Below are positions 22,792 through 32,148 of a stretch of DNA of 48,420 nucleotides, piece by piece; the stretch's first letter is position 1; each line of letters starts with the position of its first letter. The position numbers and the translations under genes are program-made. The notes beneath the pieces were generated by a model. The model saw nothing but the letters and a program-made list of their open reading frames with translations, ran no database searches and had not been told where the DNA came from. Origin of the DNA: Candidatus Portnoybacteria bacterium RBG_13_40_8 (GTDB taxonomy: Bacteria > Patescibacteriota > Minisyncoccia > RBG-13-40-8-A); NCBI GenBank assembly GCA_001819435.1, contig MHMT01000013.1:1-48420 (forward strand), in the 5' to 3' direction.

Positions 22792-24150
22792 ATGGCGAAA
22801 GAAAAAGAATTCGAAAAATTGCCGCCCCAGAGCATTGAAGCCGAACAAGCGGTTTTGGGTTCTTTACTTTTAGATAAAAAAGCGATTGTTAAAATGGCCG
22901 ATATCATAAAACCAGAAGATTTTTACCGCGATGTTCATAAAATTATTTACGAAACAATGCTGGAATTATTTGAAAAGAACGAACCAATTGACATTATGAC
23001 TGTTTCCAACCGCTTAGAAGAAAAAGATGACCTGGAAAAAATCGGCGGCTCAACATACCTAACAACTCTGATTAATACCGTACCAACTGCTGCCAATGTA
23101 GTTAAATACGCAAAAATTGTCCAGAAGAAAAAAATGTTAAGGGATTTAATTGAGGCAGCGCATGGCATAACCCAGATGAGCTATCAGGAAGTTGATGAGA
23201 TCGAACAGGTCTTGGACCAGGCAGAAAAAAATATTTTTGCCGTCTCCCAGCGCTCTCTAAGACAATTCTTTATACCGATTAAACCGGCTCTTGAAGAAGC
23301 ATTTGACAGAATTGATCAACTACATAAACACGAAGGCGGAACGCTAAGGGGCTTACCTACCGGGTTTAATGATTTGGATAATTATTTGGCTGGTCTGCAA
23401 AAATCTGATTATATTATCTTGGCTTCTCGGCCAAGCTTAGGAAAAACTACTTTGGCTTTAGATATAGCCAGAAACGTTGCCGTAAGGGGAAAAATACCGG
23501 TCGGAATATTCAGCTTGGAAATGTCGGCTGCTCAACTGGTTGATAGAATATTGTGCTCTCAGGCAAAAATAGATTTGTGGAAATTAAGAACCGGCAGATT
23601 GTCCGGAAAAGGACCAGTTAATGATTTTACCAAAATTCAAGAAGCAATCGGAGTTCTTTCCGAAAGCCCGATTTTTATTGATGATAGCGCATCTTCAACG
23701 GTCTTGGAAATTAAAACCAAAGCCAGAAGATTGCAGGCCGAACACGGATTAGGATTGATAATTGTTGACTATTTACAATTAATCACTCCCGCATATAGCC
23801 GAGAGAGCGCGGTTCAGCAAACAACCGAAATTTCCCGCTCGTTAAAGGCTCTGGCTCGCGAATTAGATGTTCCTCTGATTGCGGTTTCTCAACTTTCTCG
23901 CGCAGCTGAACAACGCTCACCGAGAATTCCTCGCTTGGCCGACCTACGAGAATCGGGCTCCTTAGAACAAGATGCGGATGTGGTTCTATTAATTTACAGA
24001 GAGGATTTAGATATTAAACAAAGTGAGAGAAAAAATATTGCCGATATTATTATTGCCAAACACAGAAACGGCCCAATCGGACAAACCGAATTATATTTTA
24101 ATCAGGACTGGGTTAGTTTCCAAAACTTGGAAAAACATCAAGAAGAATAA
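22792..24150 (+). CDS. dnaB: Replicative DNA helicase DnaB
   Basis: PPQSIEAEQAVLGSLL, Walker A RPSLGKTT, IIVDYLQL and SQLSRAAE. Confidence 0.95.
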   Translation: MAKEKEFEKLPPQSIEAEQAVLGSLLLDKKAIVKMADIIKPEDFYRDVHKIIYETMLELFEKNEPIDIMTVSNRLEEKDDLEKIGGSTYLTTLINTVPTAANVVKYAKIVQKKKMLRDLIEAAHGITQMSYQEVDEIEQVLDQAEKNIFAVSQRSLRQFFIPIKPALEEAFDRIDQLHKHEGGTLRGLPTGFNDLDNYLAGLQKSDYIILASRPSLGKTTLALDIARNVAVRGKIPVGIFSLEMSAAQLVDRILCSQAKIDLWKLRTGRLSGKGPVNDFTKIQEAIGVLSESPIFIDDSASSTVLEIKTKARRLQAEHGLGLIIVDYLQLITPAYSRESAVQQTTEISRSLKALARELDVPLIAVSQLSRAAEQRSPRIPRLADLRESGSLEQDADVVLLIYREDLDIKQSERKNIADIIIAKHRNGPIGQTELYFNQDWVSFQNLEKHQEE

Positions 24151-24151
24151 A

Positions 24152-24757
24152 ATGTTACCCCGTCCAATCCAAAACTTAATAGACGAATTTAGTAAACTTC
24201 CCTCAGTCGGACCAAGACAAGCAGCCCGATTTGTTTTTTATTTAATAAATCAACCCAAAGAAGAAATTGAAAAATTTGCCAAAAAATTATTTATTTTAAA
24301 AAAAATAAAATATTGTCATTTCTGCAATCGAACGATGGAAACGGATCATGAAAAAACAATTCTCTGCTCGATTTGTAAAAATAAAGACCGCAACAGAACA
24401 ATGGTCTGTATTGTGGAAAAAGACACGGACATTGAGTCAATCGAGAAAACAAAAAGATACGATGGTTTATATTATGTAATTGGGACCGAGGACGAAAATA
24501 AACAACTTGCTCGGTTAAAAGACTTAATTTCAAGGATTAAAAAATCCAATAAAGAATTAAAAGAAATTATTATTGCTACCGATGCCACGACAGAGGGCGA
24601 AACCATTGCTTTATATGCTGCCCGGCAATTGGCAGAATTAAACAAAATTTATCCGGAATTAAAAATAACCCGCTTGGGTCGCGGATTATCCACTGGCTCG
24701 GAGCTCGAATATATGGACGAAGACACCCTGACTAATGCCCTACTTGGCAGAAAATAA
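24152..24757 (+). CDS. recR: Recombination protein RecR
   Basis: The start is MLPRPIQNLIDEFSKLPSVGPRQAARF (HhH), followed by a C4 zinc finger (CHFCN...CSIC) and a Toprim domain. The track's longer ORF overlaps dnaB and is rejected. Confidence 0.9.
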   Translation: MLPRPIQNLIDEFSKLPSVGPRQAARFVFYLINQPKEEIEKFAKKLFILKKIKYCHFCNRTMETDHEKTILCSICKNKDRNRTMVCIVEKDTDIESIEKTKRYDGLYYVIGTEDENKQLARLKDLISRIKKSNKELKEIIIATDATTEGETIALYAARQLAELNKIYPELKITRLGRGLSTGSELEYMDEDTLTNALLGRK

Positions 24758-25060
24758 AATTTCTTTTATTTCAATCTCGGTAAAGGTCTGACGATGACCT
24801 TTTTTTGTTGCTTCGCGTTTCTTAGCTTTATATTTGAAAATAATCACTTTATCTCTTTTTCCTTGTTTCAAAATTTTGCCAATAACCTTGGCATTTTTTA
24901 TTATCGGCTTGCCAATTTCAACATTACTGTCTTTTTCCAACAATAAAACTTCTTCAAATTCAACATTGTCGCCTTCTTTTCCGGCAATTTTTTCAATTTT
25001 TATTTTATCTCCTTGTTTTACAAGGTATTGTTTACCTCCTGTTTTTATTGCTGCTAACAT
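24740..25060 (-). CDS. rplU: 50S ribosomal protein L21
   Basis: MLAAIKTGGKQYLVKQGDKIKIEKI is a canonical L21 N-terminus. I chose the start at 25060 because the track start at 25093 would overlap rmuC. The 3' end overlaps recR convergently by 18 nt. Confidence 0.85.
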   Translation of the reverse strand: MLAAIKTGGKQYLVKQGDKIKIEKIAGKEGDNVEFEEVLLLEKDSNVEIGKPIIKNAKVIGKILKQGKRDKVIIFKYKAKKREATKKGHRQTFTEIEIKEILFSAK

Positions 25061-25064
25061 ATTT

Positions 25065-26093
25065 TTATTCTTCAATGTTTCTTGGCCTCTCAATTTCTAG
25101 GGGTTCGATTTTTTCTTTGCCTTCAGTTAGTCTTGCTGTATCTTTATCTAATTTGGCAAATTCTTTGTATGCCCGGTTATAGATATTAACCGTTGTTCCT
25201 AGGTGTGCTCCCAGTTTAGCAAGAAAATCATTGTAATTCAAGAGATGCCTCCTTAAAACATCGACTCTCTTTAAAATATCTTTGGCCGACTCTTCAATTT
25301 GTAGAGCCCGCAGACCCTGTAAAACCGTCTGCAAATAAGCATAAAAGGAGGTCGGCGAAACGATGATTACGTGTTTTTCTTTAAAGGCGTATTCAATTAA
25401 GTCATAGGTGCTGATTTTTACCGCTCCAACCTGATTTATAAGTAAATCATAGTAAATTCCCTCTGATGGAATAAACATAAAAGCAAATTCCATTGTTCCT
25501 TCCGACGGTCTGATGTATTTGGCTGTTTCCTCTATTCTGTTTTTTAGGTCCTGTTTTAATAATTTTTCCAATTCATCTCTTCTTGTCGGATCTTTTTCAC
25601 TTACAATACGATTGTAATTTTCTAAAGAAAACTTGGAATCGATGGGAATAATTTTGTCTTTGATAAAAATCACGGCATCAACTATTTGTCCGTCTTTAAA
25701 TTTATATTGTAATTTATACTGATTCGGCTGAAAAACATTTTTTAATAATGTTTCCAAAAAGTATTCGCCTAAAATCCCTCTTTGTTTTGGATTGGCCAAA
25801 ACATCGGTTAATTTTCCAAGCTGTTCCTTAACATCTTTTACGTGCTGATGGTCAGCATGAACTTTTTCCAATTGCGAAGTCACATCTTTAATGTGCCCAG
25901 TTACATCTCTGACGATCCTTCCGCTTTCCTCTAACTGCTTTTGTAATGATTCTATGTTTTTTTCTCTTGATTCTGTCAATTCTTTCCTAATCTCCTTTAA
26001 TTCGTTAGACAGTCCGCTGGTTTGTTTTCTAAACGCAAAATATAAAACTAACCCCAATAAAACTGCAATTGTAATGTATAAAAATAAAGCCAT
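25065..26093 (-). CDS. rmuC: DNA recombination protein RmuC
   Basis: N-terminal TM helix, a coiled coil, then the RmuC nuclease-like domain (PNQYKLQY...VDAVI...IPIDSKF...EFAFMFIPSEGIY). Confidence 0.85.
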   Translation of the reverse strand: MALFLYITIAVLLGLVLYFAFRKQTSGLSNELKEIRKELTESREKNIESLQKQLEESGRIVRDVTGHIKDVTSQLEKVHADHQHVKDVKEQLGKLTDVLANPKQRGILGEYFLETLLKNVFQPNQYKLQYKFKDGQIVDAVIFIKDKIIPIDSKFSLENYNRIVSEKDPTRRDELEKLLKQDLKNRIEETAKYIRPSEGTMEFAFMFIPSEGIYYDLLINQVGAVKISTYDLIEYAFKEKHVIIVSPTSFYAYLQTVLQGLRALQIEESAKDILKRVDVLRRHLLNYNDFLAKLGAHLGTTVNIYNRAYKEFAKLDKDTARLTEGKEKIEPLEIERPRNIEE

Positions 26094-26105
26094 AATAATA
26101 TGGTA

Positions 26106-27059
26106 CTATTTTAATAAAAACTCAGCAATTAAAAAAGCGAGATAAAAAGCCATTAAAAATAATCCTTCTTTCCAGGAAATTTTGTTCTTGGTAGCGATGA
26201 ATAGATTGGCGAGTAGAATTGCGACCATCATAAATCCGCCGCCAATATAAATAACTTTTGTATTCTCAACCTGAATCGGACTAATAATCGCGGTTAGGCC
26301 CAAAATAAAGGTTGAATTTATCACAACGCTGCCGATAATATTTCCCAAACTCAATCCTTCATGCTTGGCTATGGCAGCCCTCATACCGAAAATCAATTCC
26401 GGCAAAGAAGTACCAAAAGCCACTAAAATCAAACTGATTAAAGACAAGGGAATATATAAATCTTCAGCAATCAATTTCGCCATTTCCACTAAAACCCAAG
26501 AAGAAAAAATCAAAACCAAGGCTGAAATTATAAAATAAATAAAAACTTTTAATAATTTTTCCAAACCGGTAATGTCGTGCCTGATATGGTGAACCCGATG
26601 AGTAAAGGCATCTTTCTGTTTTAAGATATGATAGATATACCAACCAAATAAAATTAATAATAAAAATCCCTCGGCACGAGAGATTTTTTTATCAAATAAT
26701 AAAAGCAAAGGCAGCGAAGCAATAACAAATATAATCCAGGAATCTCTTTTGGCAATCTTGCTTTCTACTTTCAGTCCTCTGGCAACAACTGCTACTAAAC
26801 CTAAAATAAAGCTAAGATTAACCAAATTTGAACCAATAACATTTCCCAATGAAACAATAGAAAAGCCCTTGATTCCCGAGGTAATGCCCACAAAAAGCTC
26901 TGGTAAAGTAGTGGCGAAAGTCATTAAAACAAAGGCCAAAACAAACTCAGTCAACTTAAAATAACCAGATAATCTGGTTAAAATTTTCACTAAAACCGCC
27001 CCACTTCTCACCAAAGCATAACAGGCTATGACAAAAACCAATAGATAAATGATTATCAT
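26106..27059 (-). CDS. Ca2+/Na+ antiporter (CaCA/YrbG family)
   Basis: Two alpha-repeat motifs, GTSLPELF...GNVIGSNLVN and GTSLPELIF...GNIIGSVVIN. About 10 TM helices. Confidence 0.8.
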   Translation of the reverse strand: MIIIYLLVFVIACYALVRSGAVLVKILTRLSGYFKLTEFVLAFVLMTFATTLPELFVGITSGIKGFSIVSLGNVIGSNLVNLSFILGLVAVVARGLKVESKIAKRDSWIIFVIASLPLLLLFDKKISRAEGFLLLILFGWYIYHILKQKDAFTHRVHHIRHDITGLEKLLKVFIYFIISALVLIFSSWVLVEMAKLIAEDLYIPLSLISLILVAFGTSLPELIFGMRAAIAKHEGLSLGNIIGSVVINSTFILGLTAIISPIQVENTKVIYIGGGFMMVAILLANLFIATKNKISWKEGLFLMAFYLAFLIAEFLLK

Positions 27060-27097
27060 TCTAACTATATTTTATCACGAATTTAGGATATAAAAAA

Positions 27098-27170
27098 TAG
27101 CCCCAACGGGATTCGAACCCATATTACCGCCTTGAGAAGGCGATGTCCTAAACCATTAGACGATGGGGCC
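27098..27170 (-). tRNA. tRNA-Glu (anticodon CTC)
   Basis: Hand-folded from GGCCCCATCGTCTAATGGTTTAGGACATCGCCTTCTCAAGGCGGTAATATGGGTTCGAATCCCGTTGGGGCTA. The anticodon loop is TTCTCAA and the T-loop is GGTTCGAATCC. Confidence 0.9.
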
Positions 27171-27193
27171 AGTAAATATCTTATAGCAAAATT

Positions 27194-28474
27194 TTAAGAA
27201 ACGAGCAACTCTTCGGCCTTATTCGGCTCCAGCATAATTTCTTTGATAATCTTTTCCATTTTTATCGCCCGCGAACCCTTGACTAAAATTACATCTCCTT
27301 CTCGAATTTTTTCCTGAACAATTTTTCTGGCATCATCCGGAATATCAAATTGAAATATTTTTTTGTCATCAAGGCCGTATTTAATCGCGGATTCGGCAAT
27401 AAATTTAGCTCTCGGGCCAATAGTAAAAATCAAATCAGCAATTTCGGCCGCTTTCCTACCTACTCTACGATGGGCCTCTGGCGCATATTCACCAATTTCC
27501 AGCATATCGCCCAAAACCACGATTTTTCTTCTGTCTCCAAAAACCCTTAAACTATCTAGGGCCGCTTCCATTGATAATAAGGCGGCATTATAAGAATCGT
27601 CGATAATCAGGGTATTTTTAATTCCTTTTATCACATGCATTCGTCCCGGTAATGGCTGAAACTCTTTCAGTGCCTCAACAATTTCTACTAAATTCATACT
27701 AAAAGTAATTCCCACCGCAGTTGCGGCTAAGGCCGAATATAGGTGCTGGACGCCCAAAGCATTCACCAATTTTGCCGGAACCGTACTTCCCTTAAATTCT
27801 AATTTAAAATTAAGCTCACTGACATTATTGTCAGATTCCAGTTTCAAATCATAATTAGTTGCTCGAACATCGGCTTTTTCTTTTAATCCGTAGCTTAAAA
27901 CCTTAGCTTTTAAATTGTCTGCCATTTGCCTTATTTTTTCATCATCAAAATTTAAAATTGCCACCCCATTATCGTCCAAACAATTTATCAAAGTTTTCTT
28001 TTCTTGAACAATTTGATCTGGTCCGCTGAAAAATTCTACATGAACAGGAATCTCGCCAATTGCCGTGATTATGCCAACTTTAGGATGCACAAAGTTAGTT
28101 AAATATTTTATATCACCCGGTCTATCTGCTCCCATTTCTAAAACCAAAAAACTCGGATAAGAAACTTTGGTAATAATCATCCAAAATATTTTTATAAACT
28201 TAATTAGCCATAGAAAAATTGAACGACCAGCGGTTTCCAAGCCAAAAATTGTTAAAGGAACACCAATCTCATTATTGTAATTCCTTTGATTTCTTCTTAC
28301 TTCTTTTTCGCCAAAATGACTTTTTAAAACATGATAAATTGCCTCTTTGGTTGAGGTTTTTCCAACGCTGCCCGTAACTGCAATGATTACCGGTTTATAT
28401 TTATTTAAAACAATCTTAGATAATCTTTTCAAAATAACTTGTAGAATTTTACGCATATACTTTAATTTTATCAC
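27194..28474 (-). CDS. murF: UDP-N-acetylmuramoyl-tripeptide--D-alanyl-D-alanine ligase MurF
   Basis: Mur ligase P-loop AVTGSVGKTSTKE and NYNNEIGVPLT. It lies in the dcw-cluster context. Confidence 0.85.
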   Translation of the reverse strand: MIKLKYMRKILQVILKRLSKIVLNKYKPVIIAVTGSVGKTSTKEAIYHVLKSHFGEKEVRRNQRNYNNEIGVPLTIFGLETAGRSIFLWLIKFIKIFWMIITKVSYPSFLVLEMGADRPGDIKYLTNFVHPKVGIITAIGEIPVHVEFFSGPDQIVQEKKTLINCLDDNGVAILNFDDEKIRQMADNLKAKVLSYGLKEKADVRATNYDLKLESDNNVSELNFKLEFKGSTVPAKLVNALGVQHLYSALAATAVGITFSMNLVEIVEALKEFQPLPGRMHVIKGIKNTLIIDDSYNAALLSMEAALDSLRVFGDRRKIVVLGDMLEIGEYAPEAHRRVGRKAAEIADLIFTIGPRAKFIAESAIKYGLDDKKIFQFDIPDDARKIVQEKIREGDVILVKGSRAIKMEKIIKEIMLEPNKAEELLVS

Positions 28475-28483
28475 GATTCTTGA

Positions 28484-30199
28484 TTATTGTGATGGTGGGA
28501 TTTCATAATAATTTAAAATATATTCTGTAATTTGTCTTCCTAACGGCGTTATTGAATCAGCGGCAAAACGGATGCCTTTCGGCTTATCAACTTTAATAAG
28601 TAAAACAAAACGAGGATCGTAGGCGGGGAAAAATTCACCAAAAGTATGAATAGTTTCATCAGAATAGCCGCCCTTTTCCAAATCGGGAATCTGGGCTGTG
28701 CCAGTTTTACCGGCTACTGAATAACCTGGCACCCAGGCTTTTTTATCAAAACTGTTCTTAACTGTACTTACCATCATTGCAGTTAAACGAGAGGCGGCAT
28801 CAGAAGAAATTACTCTTCGAATTTCTTGCGATTGTATTATTTTTTCTTCTCCGCTTTTATAGATAACCTTTTCCACTATGTAGGGCCTTAAAAGAACCCC
28901 GTCATTAGCAATCGCCCCAAAAGCAACAACTAATTGAATTGGGGTTACGGCAATTCCTTGTCCAAAAGAAGCGGTAGCATACTCTAAATCTTTTTTCTTT
29001 TTAAGGTTAGAAATGTTGCCCTTCTCTTCTCCGCTCAAATCTATGCCCGTTTTCTGACCAAAACCAAATTTCTCCACATAATCTTTAAAATTATCCTTAC
29101 CTAATTTTTGCTGGACAAATATCGCTCCACTATTCAACGATTTTTCTAAAACTTGAGTCATGGTCTGAACGCCGTTTGCTTTTTCTGTAGCATTTTTTAT
29201 TATGTGCCCGCTTATTTCTACAAATCCTTTGTCTTCATAAGTAGTATTGGGATCAATTAATCCTTTATCTAGTGCGGCAGCCATGGTTATAATCTTAAAA
29301 ACCGAACCAGGCTCAAAAACACCGTCAATAACCGGATTAAGAAATAAACCAATGTCTTCTACTTCATTGTATTTATTGGGATTAAAAGTTGGCCAACTGG
29401 CCATTGCTTTAATTGCCCCAGATTTTACTTCCATAACGATAATTGTACCACTTGTTGCTTCCAATTCCTGAACTCTTTGTTTTATTTTTCCTTCAATAAA
29501 ATATTGAATATTGGGATCAATAGTTAAAATCAAATCAGCCCCGTCCTCTGGAACAGCTAAGATTTTTTCGCCCACATTTATCAATTCTCCCAAGCTGTCT
29601 CTTTTCGCTTCGATAAATCCAGTCTTACCGGAAAGCTTTTCCTCATAATGCTCTTCTAATCCATACCTCCCTATTTTTTCATCCCCATAAAAACCAACAA
29701 ACCCAACTAGATGGCAAGCCATTTCCCCGGCCGGAAAATAACGCCAACTTTCCTTCTGAAAATAAACTCCATCAATGCTTAAATCTTTAATTTTATTATA
29801 ATTTTCTTCTTCAACCTTATTTTTCAATAGTTCGTAGGGGTCATTTAATTTACTTATTTTCTTTTTAAGCTCTTCTTCGTTGATATTCAAAAGAGGAGAA
29901 AGTTTTGTTACTGTCTCCTCTTTTTCTTTTATTTCTTTGGGCACGGCGTAAATCGTCCAATAATCTTTATTTATTGCTATCGGGAAAAGAAGGGAACGAG
30001 AATCGCTGTTTGTATGTTTATCTTTCATAAATATTTCGCCCCTTACAGGATAAACTGTTTCAAAATTTTGGTGTTGATTTGCGGCTAATTTTTTGTAAAA
30101 ACTATGCTTTATTATTTGAAGAGAAAATAAGCGCAGAACTACAACAATAAAAATTAAGCCAATAAAAAAAACGAATGTATAAAATCGCCAGTTTTTCAT
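28484..30199 (-). CDS. ftsI: Class B penicillin-binding protein / peptidoglycan D,D-transpeptidase (FtsI-like)
   Basis: N-terminal TM helix, SxxK (GSVFK), SxN (SLNS) and KTG (AGKTGTA). Confidence 0.9.
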   Translation of the reverse strand: MKNWRFYTFVFFIGLIFIVVVLRLFSLQIIKHSFYKKLAANQHQNFETVYPVRGEIFMKDKHTNSDSRSLLFPIAINKDYWTIYAVPKEIKEKEETVTKLSPLLNINEEELKKKISKLNDPYELLKNKVEEENYNKIKDLSIDGVYFQKESWRYFPAGEMACHLVGFVGFYGDEKIGRYGLEEHYEEKLSGKTGFIEAKRDSLGELINVGEKILAVPEDGADLILTIDPNIQYFIEGKIKQRVQELEATSGTIIVMEVKSGAIKAMASWPTFNPNKYNEVEDIGLFLNPVIDGVFEPGSVFKIITMAAALDKGLIDPNTTYEDKGFVEISGHIIKNATEKANGVQTMTQVLEKSLNSGAIFVQQKLGKDNFKDYVEKFGFGQKTGIDLSGEEKGNISNLKKKKDLEYATASFGQGIAVTPIQLVVAFGAIANDGVLLRPYIVEKVIYKSGEEKIIQSQEIRRVISSDAASRLTAMMVSTVKNSFDKKAWVPGYSVAGKTGTAQIPDLEKGGYSDETIHTFGEFFPAYDPRFVLLIKVDKPKGIRFAADSITPLGRQITEYILNYYEIPPSQ

Positions 30200-30212
30200 A
30201 ATTAAGATTCAT

Positions 30213-30575
30213 TTATCTAGTCATCGCAACATCAGCTGGTGGAAGAGCCAAATATTCAACTTCTTGGGCTTTCATCATGCCAAAGCTTTCGCTCTTTATT
30301 TGTAGAACATTTATTGATTTTAGGTCAGAAATACTTACCTGGAGTACTTTATTCTGGTCGTCTAATTCGCTTAATTGATTCTTTAGTGATCTAATTTTAT
30401 AACCATTACTTGTAATGCTATTTACTTGTAAAACATAGGTTAAACCGAATAACCCTATGGCAAAAATTAAAAACATAACTAAAAGTTTTTTAGTCTTAAC
30501 TTTCTTTGGATATCTACAAGAAGCGTGGGCTTGTAAACGAATAATATTCGAATGGGCCAAACTAATAACGGTCAT
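30213..30575 (-). CDS. FtsL-like cell-division membrane protein
   Basis: One TM helix followed by a coiled-coil segment (LKNQLSELDDQNKVLQVSISDLK), in the ftsL position between rsmH and ftsI. The start codon is uncertain. Confidence 0.5.
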   Translation of the reverse strand: MTVISLAHSNIIRLQAHASCRYPKKVKTKKLLVMFLIFAIGLFGLTYVLQVNSITSNGYKIRSLKNQLSELDDQNKVLQVSISDLKSINVLQIKSESFGMMKAQEVEYLALPPADVAMTR

Positions 30576-30585
30576 AAATATTTTT

Positions 30586-30624
30586 TAGAATCTTGGGCGG
30601 GGGGACACCCCGCCTAAGATTCTA
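30586..30624. repeat. 17-bp GC-cored palindrome between rsmH and ftsL
   Basis: TAGAATCTTGGGCGGGG-ggaca-CCCCGCCTAAGATTCTA with one G:T position. There is no adjacent U-tract. Confidence 0.6.
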
Positions 30625-30643
30625 AGGCTATACCTTAGAGTCC

Positions 30644-31522
30644 CTATTTTTTAACTGCAGCTCGCAGTTTTGCACTGCGGCTACGATAGTTCATAGAAAT
30701 TTCAAACTCATCAGCCATTACGGGTCTATCAGTTAAAATTTCCAACTGCCCCTGGTTTTCTTTTTCTTTAAAAAGTCTTTTAACAATTCTATCCTCCAGA
30801 GAATGAAAAGAAATGACTACAATTCTCCCTCCCGGAGCAATAATCTCAACTGCCTGCTCCAATCCTTGTTTTAAATTTTCCAACTCGTCGTTTATAACGA
30901 TTCTAAGGGCCTGGAAAATTCTGGCTAAGATTCTATTTAAGGTGCCTCTGCGGGTCAGGCTGAAAGCGCTAGGAATTGCCCTGCTTACTACTTCTCTTAA
31001 TTGAAAGGTTGTTTTAATGGGTGCTAATTTTCTTCGATTAACAATTTCTCTTACTATTCTCCGGCTATATTTTTCTTCACCGTATTTTTTAAAAATCTCT
31101 ATTAAACTCTCTTCTGGCCAGCTATTTATTATTTCTTCGGCTGCTACCACTTGTTTGCCATTTAAAATCATTATTAACGGCTCATCTTTTTTATACGTAA
31201 ATCCCTTTCCACTTTCTTCTATCTGCCAACTCGATAAACCTAGATCAAATAAAATTCCGTTAACGATTAAAAAATTATTTTCTATAACAATTTTTTTTAA
31301 TTCTTTAAAATTTCCTTGAACAAGAATTAATCTTTCTTGAGGCTGGATTCTTTTTAAAGACTCTCTGTCAATGTCAATCCCCAAAATCCTTCCATCGGGA
31401 GAAATTTTTTCTAATACGACTTTTGCGTGGCCTGCTTCACCAATTGTACAATCTATGAAATTTTCTCCGGGCTTAGGTTCTAAATATTCGATTACTTTTT
31501 CTAAAAGAACAGGTGTGTGCAT
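30644..31522 (-). CDS. rsmH: 16S rRNA (cytosine1402-N4)-methyltransferase RsmH/MraW
   Basis: HTPVLL.EV...L.P......IDCT.G.AGH, DLG.SS.Q and ISFHSLEDRIVK. Confidence 0.95.
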   Translation of the reverse strand: MHTPVLLEKVIEYLEPKPGENFIDCTIGEAGHAKVVLEKISPDGRILGIDIDRESLKRIQPQERLILVQGNFKELKKIVIENNFLIVNGILFDLGLSSWQIEESGKGFTYKKDEPLIMILNGKQVVAAEEIINSWPEESLIEIFKKYGEEKYSRRIVREIVNRRKLAPIKTTFQLREVVSRAIPSAFSLTRRGTLNRILARIFQALRIVINDELENLKQGLEQAVEIIAPGGRIVVISFHSLEDRIVKRLFKEKENQGQLEILTDRPVMADEFEISMNYRSRSAKLRAAVKK

Positions 31523-31527
31523 AAAAT

Positions 31528-31959
31528 TTAGACGCCCAAACCTCCAAGCCTTTCTGCCATATTGTCTATCTCTTTCTCATTTTGTTGCTTAAATGTTTCC
31601 CATTTAGCCTTATCCCAAATTTCTAATCGATTATAAACACCGGCAATTATAACGTTTTTTTTTAATTGGGCGTAACTCTTTAAATAATCAGGGATAAGAA
31701 TTCTACCCAGACTATCGAAACCAACTTCGCTTGCTCCAGCCAACATTAACCTACTGAATCCCCTAGTATCTCTAGGCCCTATTGGTAATCTGCTTAATTT
31801 TTCCACTAATTTCTGCCATTCTTTAAAAGGATAAATAAAAAGACAGTTATCTAATCCCTTGGTAATAACCGCCTTTAATCCAAGCTCCTTCCTAAATTTG
31901 GAAGGTATGGCTAATCTTTTTTTAGTATCAACGGTATGAGAATATTCACCAATCAACAT
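31528..31959 (-). CDS. mraZ: Transcriptional regulator MraZ
   Basis: MLIGEYSHTVDTKKRLAIPSKFR, with the second SpoVT/AbrB-like repeat DSLGRILIP. Confidence 0.95.
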   Translation of the reverse strand: MLIGEYSHTVDTKKRLAIPSKFRKELGLKAVITKGLDNCLFIYPFKEWQKLVEKLSRLPIGPRDTRGFSRLMLAGASEVGFDSLGRILIPDYLKSYAQLKKNVIIAGVYNRLEIWDKAKWETFKQQNEKEIDNMAERLGGLGV

Positions 31960-31981
31960 AATTCACTTATCCCCAAAATTT

Positions 31982-32016
31982 ATTACTTATTAACACTTTT
32001 ATCCACAATTTAACAC
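31982..32016 (-). promoter_or_regulatory. Putative MraZ boxes: four direct GTGKW/GTAAT pentamers at exact 10-nt phasing
   Basis: In the minus sense: GTGTT (32016..32012), GTGGA (32006..32002), GTGTT (31996..31992) and GTAAT (31986..31982), separated by 5-nt A/T spacers between the -10 box and the mraZ ATG. Confidence 0.5.
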
Positions 32017-32025
32017 TATACTTAA

Positions 32026-32055
32026 ATTTTATTCCACTTAAAATAACTATGTCAA
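32026..32055 (-). promoter_or_regulatory. Promoter of the mraZ/dcw operon
   Basis: In the minus sense: TTGACA (32055..32050), an 18-nt spacer, then TAAAAT (32031..32026). Confidence 0.6.
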
Positions 32056-32083
32056 CCCCTTAATTACACTTACTAGAAACTAT

Positions 32084-32117
32084 AATAAAAATAAAAATTA
32101 GCCTCAAAGAGGCTAAT
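32084..32117 (-). terminator. Intrinsic terminator after the Clp ATPase gene
   Basis: In the minus sense: ATTAGCCTC-TTT-GAGGCTAAT followed by TTTTTATTTTTATT. Confidence 0.75.
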
Positions 32118-32148
32118 TTTTAACTAAATTATCCACACCTTATTCACA

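Noticed and set aside
24740-24757. The 18-nt convergent overlap of the recR and rplU 3' ends might be a regulatory antisense arrangement.
   Set aside because: Short convergent overlaps are common in compact genomes, and no structure or terminator is present. I noted it only as a sign of genome compaction.
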